NCBI GenBank assembly: GCA_035261845.1
Contig: DATFTN010000159.1
Location: 192-64,191 of the forward strand
Origin: Myxococcales bacterium
GTDB taxonomy: Bacteria; Myxococcota; Myxococcia; Myxococcales; 40CM-4-68-19
Direction of reading: 5' to 3'
DNA length: 64,000 nucleotides
Both the position numbers and the translations under genes were made by a program. Numbering within the stretch: position 1 is the stretch's first letter; each line of letters begins with the position of its first letter. The notes below the pieces were generated by a model. That model was given only the letters and a program-made list of their open reading frames with translations. It was not told the origin of the DNA and did not search any database. Positions 56,522 to 64,000 of this stretch are shown piece by piece.

Positions 56522-58516
56522 CTACCGCTTCGGCAGGCCGTTCCAGAAGCCTCGCGCTTCGTCGGGCGATCGGACCACCCGGCAAGGCGGCAGGCTTTGC
56601 AAGAACCGCCGGCCGTATCCGCGGCCGGCGATGCGCGGATCGAGGAGGGCCACGATGCCGCGGTCCCGCGCGGAGCGGATCAGCCGGCCGAATCCCTGCT
56701 TCAAGGCGAGCGCGGCCTCGGGCAGCTGGAAGGCGTAGAACGGGTCCTCTCCGGCGGCGCGCAGCTGCTCGATCCGGGCCTGCACCAGGGGCTCTCCCGG
56801 GGAGGCGAAAGGCAGCTTGTCGATCACCACCAGGCTGAGCGCGTCTCCCTGGACGTCGACGCCTTCCCAGAAGCTCTGGCTGGCGAAGAGCACGCTGGGC
56901 TTGTCCTTGAACGCCTTCAAGAGCTGGGCCTTGGGCCGCTCGCCCTGCAGCAGGGCCGGCCAGGGCAGCTCGGGCGCGAGCAGCTCGTAGACCCGGCGCA
57001 TGTTGCGCAGCGAGGTGAACAGGGCGAAGGCGCGGCCGCCGGTGATGGGCAAGAGCTGCCGCAGCTCGTCGGCCACCGCGTCCGCGAAGCGCTCGTCCTG
57101 CGGGTCTGGCATGCGCTCCGGCAGGTAGATGGCCGCGTTCGCCTGGTAATCGAACGGCGACAGCAGCACGGCCTCGTCGAGGGGGAACAGCGGACCGCCC
57201 GAGTCTCGAAGTCCGACCCGGCGGGCGAAGTAGTCGAGCGATCCGAAGGCCGCCAGGGTCGCCGAGGTGAACACGACCGGCCCCACCCGGTCGTAGAGGT
57301 GGTCCTGGAAGATCCCGGCGACGTCGATCGGCGAGGCGTTGAGGAACAGATGGCCCGAGCGCTGCTCGGCCCACTGCACCAGGCGATCGGGGGGGCGCGG
57401 CTCGTCGTACTCGACGTCGCCCCGCCCACTCACCGCCTGCGAGCCGGCGAAGAGGAGCAGGTCGGCGGAGAGCGCCAGGCAGCGGCGCTCGAGCAGCTGC
57501 ACTTCGTCGCTTCCGCTGCCGGAGAGGGCGGCGCTCAAGGCCCGGAGCAGCTCGGTGAGCGCCTCCCGCTCGCGCTCGGCGGGCAGGAGCGACCCGGGCG
57601 GCAGCGACCACCGATCGGAGTCGCGGGAGAACTTGCCGCCGGCCGGGCGGCAGCGCGCCGCGGCCTCGAAGAAGGACGATCCTTCACGGAGCAGGCGCCC
57701 GGCCAGATCCCGGGCGTGCGGCGGCGTGGCCGGCACCCGGAGCACGTCGCGCGCCAGCTCCGTGAAACGGAAGCTGGACAGCTGCGCGCCGAAGTTCTCG
57801 ATGGCCACCTCCGGCGTGGCGTGCGCCTCGTCGAAGATCACCGCGTCGTAGCGGGGAAGCACCGCCGCGCCCGCGTCGCCCGCGCTCGAGCTGCGCAGAG
57901 CGAGGTCGGCGAAGAACAGGTGGTGGTTGACGATGATCACGTCCGCTTCCGCCGCCTGCCGGCGCATCGAGAAGACGAAGCAGCGGTCGTAGTAGGGGCA
58001 CTTCTGCCCGGTGCAGGTCTCGGCGGTCGAGTTGACCTCGCGCCAGGTGGCGAAGCTCTCCGGCAGGCCGGCGAGCTCGGCGCGGTCGCCGGTGCGCGTC
58101 TCTTCCGCCCAGGCGTGCAGCTGGCCGTACATCCCCGCCTCCTCGCGCGCGGCGAAGGTCGGCTGCCGGTCGAAGTGCTCCTTGCGCAAGAGGCACAGGT
58201 AGTTCTGCCGGCCCTTGAGGAAGGCGAACCGCGCCTTGACGCCCAGCGCCTGCACCAGCGGCACGTCCTTGTCGGCGAGCTGCTCCTGGAGCGTCTTGGT
58301 GGCGGTCGAGACCACCACCTTGAGACCGCTGCGCGCCGCGGGCAGGAGGTACGCGAGCGTCTTTCCGGTCCCGGTGCCGGCTTCGACCACCAGCGCCCGG
58401 CCTTGCGTGAGGGCGCGCTCGACCTGCTCGGCCATGGCGAGCTGCGAGGGGCGCGGCTCGAACAAGGGGAGCGCGCGCCGGAGCTCGCCCTGGAGGAGAT
58501 CGGACAGCGACGGCAC
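56522..58516 (-). CDS. dinG: ATP-dependent DNA helicase, DinG/XPD (Rad3) family with Fe-S cluster cysteines
   Basis: GTGTGKT, the DEAH box (IFDEAHA), and a Cys cluster NYLC...ETCTGQKCPYYDRC. Confidence 0.88.
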   Translation of the reverse strand: MPSLSDLLQGELRRALPLFEPRPSQLAMAEQVERALTQGRALVVEAGTGTGKTLAYLLPAARSGLKVVVSTATKTLQEQLADKDVPLVQALGVKARFAFLKGRQNYLCLLRKEHFDRQPTFAAREEAGMYGQLHAWAEETRTGDRAELAGLPESFATWREVNSTAETCTGQKCPYYDRCFVFSMRRQAAEADVIIVNHHLFFADLALRSSSAGDAGAAVLPRYDAVIFDEAHATPEVAIENFGAQLSSFRFTELARDVLRVPATPPHARDLAGRLLREGSSFFEAAARCRPAGGKFSRDSDRWSLPPGSLLPAEREREALTELLRALSAALSGSGSDEVQLLERRCLALSADLLLFAGSQAVSGRGDVEYDEPRPPDRLVQWAEQRSGHLFLNASPIDVAGIFQDHLYDRVGPVVFTSATLAAFGSLDYFARRVGLRDSGGPLFPLDEAVLLSPFDYQANAAIYLPERMPDPQDERFADAVADELRQLLPITGGRAFALFTSLRNMRRVYELLAPELPWPALLQGERPKAQLLKAFKDKPSVLFASQSFWEGVDVQGDALSLVVIDKLPFASPGEPLVQARIEQLRAAGEDPFYAFQLPEAALALKQGFGRLIRSARDRGIVALLDPRIAGRGYGRRFLQSLPPCRVVRSPDEARGFWNGLPKR

Positions 58517-58526
58517 GCTTGCCGTT

Positions 58527-59522
58527 CTACCCCGCGAGCGGGGCCAGGGGCACGGGCGTGAAGGACAGCACGAAGATGATCAGGCTGATCACCAACACGG
58601 CGCGCCGGCCGGTCGAGAGGCCCGGCTCCGGCTCGGCGACCGGCGGATGGTGATTGAGGAAGATCCCGGTGATGAGGCCCCAGAGCGCCCAGCCGACGAA
58701 CGGAAGGAAGACGCCCAGGGCGAGCAACAGGGCGGAGAGCGGTGCGCCGGCCAGGCGGTGCAGGCGCGGGGATGCGGCGTACAAGCAGTGCCCGCCGTCG
58801 AGCTGCCCCAGCGGGAGGAGATTCAGCGCGGTCAGCAAGAGGCCGAACCACCCTGCCACGGCGACGGGATGCAGCGCGATCGATTGGCCGGCCGGAATGT
58901 CCAGCACGAGCTTCTCGAGCAGCTCCATCCCCAGCGGACGCCCCAGCTCGAACCCCTCGCGGAGCCGCAGGAAATGGCCCTCGCGCAACCAGGTCGAGAG
59001 CGACTCCCAGAGCGTCCAGTGCCGGAAGGGGCCCTCCGCGGGGACGATGGGGGAGAGCCGCAGCCCGATCACCAGCACCGGGATGGTGACCAGGAACCCC
59101 GCGATCGGTCCCGCCGCGCCGATGTCCACCAGGGCGCGCCGGGTGCGCGGCGCGCTGCGCAGCCGGATGACCGCGCCGAGAGTGCCGATCAGCGAGAGCA
59201 GGGGGGCGGGGATGAAGAAGGGCCAGGTCGCGTCTACTCCGTGTCGGCGGGCCAGCACGAAGTGCCCCATCTCGTGCGCCAGAAGGATCGCGAGCAAGGC
59301 GGCGGAAAAGGCCAGCCCGTGGCGGATCGCCTCGGCCTGGGTGGGCGGGGGGAGCTGGGTATCCGTCCACAGCGTGCCGGTGACGAACGCCGACGCCGCG
59401 GTCAGGACGAACAGGAGCAGGTTGAGGAGCGGCGGGCGAAGACTGCCCAGCGTGCCGGGCAACGGCCGCGGGAGATCCAGCGGAGCTTCGCTCACACTCG
59501 GGCCCCGGTCAGCTTGTCCCAT
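58527..59522 (-). CDS. site-2 protease family (M50) membrane metalloprotease
   Basis: HEMGH and NLLPLGQLDGG motifs. Polytopic. ATG at 59522, with an alternative GTG at 59495 that overlaps the upstream stop. Confidence 0.85.
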   Translation of the reverse strand: MGQADRGPSVSEAPLDLPRPLPGTLGSLRPPLLNLLLFVLTAASAFVTGTLWTDTQLPPPTQAEAIRHGLAFSAALLAILLAHEMGHFVLARRHGVDATWPFFIPAPLLSLIGTLGAVIRLRSAPRTRRALVDIGAAGPIAGFLVTIPVLVIGLRLSPIVPAEGPFRHWTLWESLSTWLREGHFLRLREGFELGRPLGMELLEKLVLDIPAGQSIALHPVAVAGWFGLLLTALNLLPLGQLDGGHCLYAASPRLHRLAGAPLSALLLALGVFLPFVGWALWGLITGIFLNHHPPVAEPEPGLSTGRRAVLVISLIIFVLSFTPVPLAPLAG

Positions 59523-60676
59523 GCGTCCTGAAGGTAACCGAAGAAGCCGCCGCGGCCCAGGAGTCTTCGCGCGATGGCCGCGTGGCGCCTCGCCTCGCCG
59601 CGCCTGCCCAGCTGGCGCAGCACCCGGGCGAGGTTCTGGTGCAGGTGCGCCCCTCCCTCGCCCGAGCGGAGGGCGCGGCCCCAGGCCTGGACGGCCTCCT
59701 CCAGCCGCCCGGTCTCGGCCAGCGCCACGCCCAGGCCGGTGAGCGCGTCGGGGTCCTCGGGACGCTCGGCCAGCGCCTTCTCGAACCAGGGGATGGCCTC
59801 CGCGTTCTTCCCCAGGCGCACCAGCGCGGTGCCGAGCCGTTCGAACGCGGGCCACCAATCCGACCGGATGCGCAGGGCCTTCTGCAGCCGCTCGGCCGCC
59901 TCGGCGGGGCGGCCTGCGGCGAGGTCCATCTCGGCGAGGGCCGCGTGCGCCTTCACGGCGGTCGGGTCGAGTTGCAGGAGCTTCTCGCAGCCGGCCCGGG
60001 CCGCGGACGAGGGTCCCGCGCCACCGAGCGTGAAGTCGAGGGCCAGGGAGAGCAGCCGGTCCTGCGCGTCTGCGAACGCCGGGTCCCGCTGCGCCGCCTC
60101 CAGATAGGGATCGAAGCTCTTCGCCGGGTCGACGACGCGAACGCCCACCTCGTGGGCGGCGGAGAGGTCCCGTCCGCGCAGATAGGCCAGGTAGGCCTCT
60201 ACGTCCGCGGTCGGCCACTCCGCCACGGGCAGCTCCAGGCCCAGCGCCTGGGCGATCGCCAGGGCCGCCTCTTCCAGCGCGCCGAACAACTCCGAGCGCG
60301 GGCGCAGCACCACGTGGTCGAGCGCCGTCCGCCGCTCCTTCTGATCGACCAGGATGAGCCGCAGCCGCACCCGGTCGGTCAGCTCGGCCGCGCCGTGAAG
60401 GAGGTACTCGGTGCCTTCCGGCAGTCCGATCGCGCACGCTTCCTCCAGCGTCCAGGCGTGGCTGGCGACCACCCAGCCCTGGTCCTGGGGCTTGCCGTCC
60501 AGGCCGTCGGCGGTGAGCGTGGCGGCTGTGGCGGACACTCCGGGGCCCAGCGAGAGCCGCTCGGCGAGCGTGCGCGCGAGAGAGCGGGCGTACACGCCCT
60601 GCGCCGGGTCGCGCATCTGCCCGCCGCCGTCCATCGGAACCGTGAACGGGAACACCATGACCTGCTTGGCGCCCAT
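59492..60676 (-). CDS. TPR-repeat protein with N-terminal TolB_N-like segment
   Basis: ATG at 60676, with an upstream GTG at 60682. VMVFPFTVP... N-terminal domain followed by several TPR units. Confidence 0.7.
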   Translation of the reverse strand: MGAKQVMVFPFTVPMDGGGQMRDPAQGVYARSLARTLAERLSLGPGVSATAATLTADGLDGKPQDQGWVVASHAWTLEEACAIGLPEGTEYLLHGAAELTDRVRLRLILVDQKERRTALDHVVLRPRSELFGALEEAALAIAQALGLELPVAEWPTADVEAYLAYLRGRDLSAAHEVGVRVVDPAKSFDPYLEAAQRDPAFADAQDRLLSLALDFTLGGAGPSSAARAGCEKLLQLDPTAVKAHAALAEMDLAAGRPAEAAERLQKALRIRSDWWPAFERLGTALVRLGKNAEAIPWFEKALAERPEDPDALTGLGVALAETGRLEEAVQAWGRALRSGEGGAHLHQNLARVLRQLGRRGEARRHAAIARRLLGRGGFFGYLQDAWDKLTGARV

Positions 60677-60912
60677 TTCCACGGGAGTCTAACCATTCAC
60701 CGCTCGAACCCCTCTCCACGGCGAGGACAACTCGACCGCGGGTCTCCGTTGCTTTTCAGGGGAAGAGTCGGGCGCAGCGGCGGGCGCGGAACTCGACTCG
60801 CGCGCGAGCGGTGCTTCTTCGAATGCCGCGCGGTCGTTCGAGCAGCACGCGAGATGTAACGCAGCGCGTCCTGTCCCGGGACGGGACGCGGCGCGTCAAC
60901 GTGGTGGCGACG

Positions 60913-62991
60913 TCAGCGGGAGCCTGTCCTGGTGTCGGGCGTGGGCGGGACGGGGGGCGGTCCATCCGGGTCGAACTCCTGGATGGTCCCGCGGTTGATC
61001 CACAGCCAGAACAGCGGCTTCTGCGCTTCCCGATCGCGGCCGAATACCGTGTCGCCGGTGGCCCCCTCGAACGGCCTCCCCATCCCGGCCATCGCGTTGC
61101 GCATGTCGTCGCGCGACTGCGGGCGGCGCTCCTCGACGATCTTCCTCAGCAGAGCCGCCCCGTCGTAGGCGTGTGCCTCGAGGAAGCCGGGGGACCTGTG
61201 GTAGGCGGCCTCGTAATCCTCCACGAACTTGCGGGTGGCGCGCCGCTGGCTCTGGGCGAAGAAGCTGTCGGCGAAGATCGAGCACTGCACGTACTTGGCG
61301 GCCCCGATCCGCTCGTCGACCAGGTCGGGGTTGTTCCACAGGTTGGTCCCGAGCAGCTGCACGGTGCGCAGGTTCGCGCTGCGGGTGGTCTTGCGCACCA
61401 CTTCCAGCTCGCGCTGATCGCAGCCGGAGGTGATCACGTCCTCGGCGGCGATGGCCGGCGCGATCAGGCGGACGGTGCGCGCGCTGTCGGGGATGAAGAG
61501 GGCGTCGAAGTCGACCACCGGCGCGCTCTGGTTGCGCAAGGCGTTGAGCGCCCTGCGCTGCTGGTACGGATTGGAGATCGTCTGCTTGATCTTTTCCACC
61601 TCGTCGCTGAACTCCTTGCGCCCCTCCAGGTCCTCCTGCGTCCTTCCCACCAGGCGCTGCACGAACGGCTTGAAGGTGGTGGTGCGCTGCGGGTAGTGGT
61701 CGTACGCGGTCACGCCGGCCCCCCCGGCGTCCAGCGCGTCCCAGAAGAAGCGGGTGACCTCGTCGCCGTAGGTGGAGTCGGGCTGCAAGATGCCGAAGCT
61801 GCGCGCGCCCAGCTTCTTCTGCGCGTATTGCGCGATGGCCCGCGCCTGCGCGCTGTTGGTCGGCATGTCGCGGAAGACGTACTCGCCGACCTGCGTGAGC
61901 CCCTCGGCGCGGGAGAGGGAAAGGATGGGCACGCCGAGCTGCTGCGCGCGCACGGCCGCGGCTTGCCCCTCGGCCAGGGCGATGGGTCCCAGGATGGCGA
62001 TGGCGCCCTCGCGCACCAGATCCTCCACCGCCTGGGCGGCGGTGTCGGGCTCGCCCTTGGAGTCCTTGATGGAGACCTGCACCCCGGTGCGGTTCTGCAG
62101 ATCGACCGCCAGCGCGATCGCGTTCAGCATCAGGTCTACCAGCGCTTTGTACTCGCCGCTGAGCGGCAGCACGATGCCGATCAGGCTGGGCTTCAGGATT
62201 CCCGAGGAAGAGATGGACAGCTGGATGGTCTGCGCGCCCTGCGCGATCGGCCCCGTGTTCACCTCGGAGAGGATCTGCCGGGTCAGCTCGTCGGCGTGCG
62301 CGCGGTCGCCGGCGTGGAGTTGGAGCCGGGCGAGCTTGAGCGCCGCCGGCGGCCAGGCGGCGCTGCGGCGGTCGAGGTCGGCCACCAGCTGCGCGACCAC
62401 CTGCCCTGGAGCGGCGTTCAGCGCCTTGTCGTAGTCCGCGAGGCGCGCGGCGCGTTCCTCGGGGGTCTGGGCGGCCTCCACGGCGCGGGCGGCGAATCGG
62501 GCCGCCTCCCCCGCCTCCCCGGTCTTCGCGTAGGCCTCCGCGATGCTCCTCGCCGCCTGCTGCTTCTCGGCGTCGGACATCTGCGAGACGGCGGTCTTCA
62601 TCGCCTCGGCCGCTTCCTGCGTATTGCCCAGCTTGGTCTGCACCGCAGACAGCTCCAGCGCCGCTTCCTTCTTGAACGCGGTGTTGGGATACTTCTCCAG
62701 GAGCTCGGTGAGCTTCGCCTGCGCTTCCTGGAGCTTGCCCGTGCGCGACAGCGTCTGACCCTCGAGGAAGCGCGCCTCGTCCGCGGCCGCGCTCTGGCCG
62801 AAGCGGTCGATGACGTCGCGGAAGACCTTCATCGCCTCGTCCGTGCGGCCCGCGGCCAGCGCGCGCTTGCCGCGGCCGAGCACGTCGCTGGCGGCGTCTT
62901 CGTAGCTCACCTCCTTGCCGTTCACGATCACGGTGCGGGCGGGCCCGCCGCAGGCGGCGAGCAGGGCGGCGAGGAGCAAGATGCGCTTCAT
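60913..62991 (-). CDS. lipoprotein: TPR region plus type-1 periplasmic binding-protein domain (LpoA-like)
   Basis: Lipobox LLAACGG. N-terminal TPR helices. IGIVLPLSG...ILGP pattern of the Leu/Ile/Val-binding fold. Confidence 0.75.
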   Translation of the reverse strand: MKRILLLAALLAACGGPARTVIVNGKEVSYEDAASDVLGRGKRALAAGRTDEAMKVFRDVIDRFGQSAAADEARFLEGQTLSRTGKLQEAQAKLTELLEKYPNTAFKKEAALELSAVQTKLGNTQEAAEAMKTAVSQMSDAEKQQAARSIAEAYAKTGEAGEAARFAARAVEAAQTPEERAARLADYDKALNAAPGQVVAQLVADLDRRSAAWPPAALKLARLQLHAGDRAHADELTRQILSEVNTGPIAQGAQTIQLSISSSGILKPSLIGIVLPLSGEYKALVDLMLNAIALAVDLQNRTGVQVSIKDSKGEPDTAAQAVEDLVREGAIAILGPIALAEGQAAAVRAQQLGVPILSLSRAEGLTQVGEYVFRDMPTNSAQARAIAQYAQKKLGARSFGILQPDSTYGDEVTRFFWDALDAGGAGVTAYDHYPQRTTTFKPFVQRLVGRTQEDLEGRKEFSDEVEKIKQTISNPYQQRRALNALRNQSAPVVDFDALFIPDSARTVRLIAPAIAAEDVITSGCDQRELEVVRKTTRSANLRTVQLLGTNLWNNPDLVDERIGAAKYVQCSIFADSFFAQSQRRATRKFVEDYEAAYHRSPGFLEAHAYDGAALLRKIVEERRPQSRDDMRNAMAGMGRPFEGATGDTVFGRDREAQKPLFWLWINRGTIQEFDPDGPPPVPPTPDTRTGSR

Positions 62992-63629
62992 TGCATCACC
63001 TGCACGTGGGCGTCCTTGGGAGGAACGAAGCGGAACAGGGAATCGGCCAGGCCCGAGTTCACCTTCACGTCGCTGAAGATCAGCTGGTTCACGTCACCCT
63101 GTCCGTTGGTGAGCACGGTGGCCAGCACCTGGCCGCGCGGATCGACCACGAAGAGGAGCTTCTGCACGTCCGCGCTTTCCTTCCGGGGGACCAGCTCGAT
63201 CGCGTCACCCGCGGGGAGGCCTTCGGGCCGCGGGACCCCGCGGACGGCGAAGCGGTCGAGCAGCTTGCCCTTGCCGAAGAGGAAGGCGAACTCGGGGGGA
63301 ACCTGGTCGACGCCGAAGCCGCGCTTCACTTGCGCCTCCTTGTCCTCGGGGTTCCAGTTCCACAGCTCCTTGCCGTCGATCAGGATGACCCGACCGTCGT
63401 CGTACTGCCAGCGGAGCAGGACCGGCTTCTTGAGGAACACCTTTCCGGTGGCATTCTTCACGTTGCCGAACGTCGGGTAGGTGGACGTCTGAGCGAAGCT
63501 GGCGGTGAAGTCCTGGATGCGCTCGTAGTGCCGCTGCACCCGCCGGGCGACCGCGGCCGCCGGGTCCTGGGCGGGGGCCGCCTGGACTTTTGGCGCTGCG
63601 GCGAGCAGGGCGGCGATGAAGATGCGCAT
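62988..63629 (-). CDS. lolA: outer-membrane lipoprotein carrier protein LolA-like
   Basis: Signal peptide. FTASFAQ...GKVFLKKP...LRW pattern. Its stop overlaps the downstream start (ATGA). Confidence 0.8.
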   Translation of the reverse strand: MRIFIAALLAAAPKVQAAPAQDPAAAVARRVQRHYERIQDFTASFAQTSTYPTFGNVKNATGKVFLKKPVLLRWQYDDGRVILIDGKELWNWNPEDKEAQVKRGFGVDQVPPEFAFLFGKGKLLDRFAVRGVPRPEGLPAGDAIELVPRKESADVQKLLFVVDPRGQVLATVLTNGQGDVNQLIFSDVKVNSGLADSLFRFVPPKDAHVQVMQ

Positions 63630-63675
63630 GCGGGCTTCTCTTTACCGCGTTCGACGGCGCGGCGCCCGCCCGTGT

Positions 63676-64000
63676 TCAGCGCTTCACGCGCCGGGCCAGC
63701 TTCGCCGCCAGGCGCAGGAAGCGCGAGCGGAGCGCGCGCCTTTCCTGTGACGGGAGGTCGCCCGCCCTCCCCACGAACGCGCGGCGGCCCGCGCAGATCT
63801 GCGAGAGCGCGATCCCTGCCGCGACCGAGACGTTGAAGCTCTGCGTGAACCCCGCCATGGGGATGCGGAAGGTGCCGGTGCACGCAGCGAGCGTCTCGGG
63901 GGAAGGGCCTTCGTGCTCGTTGCCGAACAAGAGCGCCACCGGCCGGTCCGCGGAGATGTCCGTGGAGGGTCGCGCCCCGGGGTCGAGGTGGCCGGCGTAC
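63676..64000 (-). CDS. SpoU/TrmH-family RNA 2'-O-methyltransferase (5' end outside the window)
   Basis: ALLFGNEHEG and IPMAGFTQSFNVSVAAGI knot motifs. The frame stays open to the window edge. Confidence 0.75.
   Translation of the reverse strand, partial: YAGHLDPGARPSTDISADRPVALLFGNEHEGPSPETLAACTGTFRIPMAGFTQSFNVSVAAGIALSQICAGRRAFVGRAGDLPSQERRALRSRFLRLAAKLARRVKR

Overview
GC-rich (about 70% by eye) bacterial chromosome segment spanning the replication-origin neighbourhood. Gene content suggests Myxococcota: a bactofilin, an MglA-type GTPase and TadE/TadG pseudopilins. The core is the divergent pair rpmH-rnpA-yidD-yidC (minus strand) and dnaA-dnaN-recF-gyrB (plus strand). To the left lie rsmG-parA-parB, an OPT transporter, a bactofilin, hsp20, hpf, an F1-only ATP synthase operon (atpHAGDC) followed directly by phhA, then gyrA and hemL. 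To the right lie two hypothetical envelope genes, a TadE/TadG-like pseudopilin module, tRNA-Gln, an ABC transporter, ychF and three CsgG/LPP20-like lipoproteins. These are followed by three tandem SurA/parvulin-type chaperones, mfd and thiL. The window ends with a tightly packed minus-strand run: LolA, LpoA-like lipoprotein, TPR protein, M50 protease, DinG-like helicase, Lon, MglA-like GTPase and PocR histidine kinase. I found no rRNA, CRISPR array, transposase, integrase or prophage genes. Most six-frame ORFs are Arg/Pro/Gly-rich shadow frames opposite or overlapping real genes, as expected at this GC content. The most interesting signals are listed here. (1) Four perfect parS palindromes are each read as F-H-V-E, and three sit at gene starts. 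(2) A DnaA-box triplet lies inside the first codons of dnaA. (3) A pseudopilin-only Tad/Kil-like module carries a hidden Flp-like small ORF that appears to start at CTG. (4) A CsgG-like plus two LPP20-like lipoprotein genes form a triad. (5) An MglA-family GTPase with no MglB is packed between lon and a PocR histidine kinase. (6) A MITE-like element has 22-bp terminal inverted repeats and a 4-bp flanking duplication. All functional calls rest on motif recognition by eye; no database search was run.
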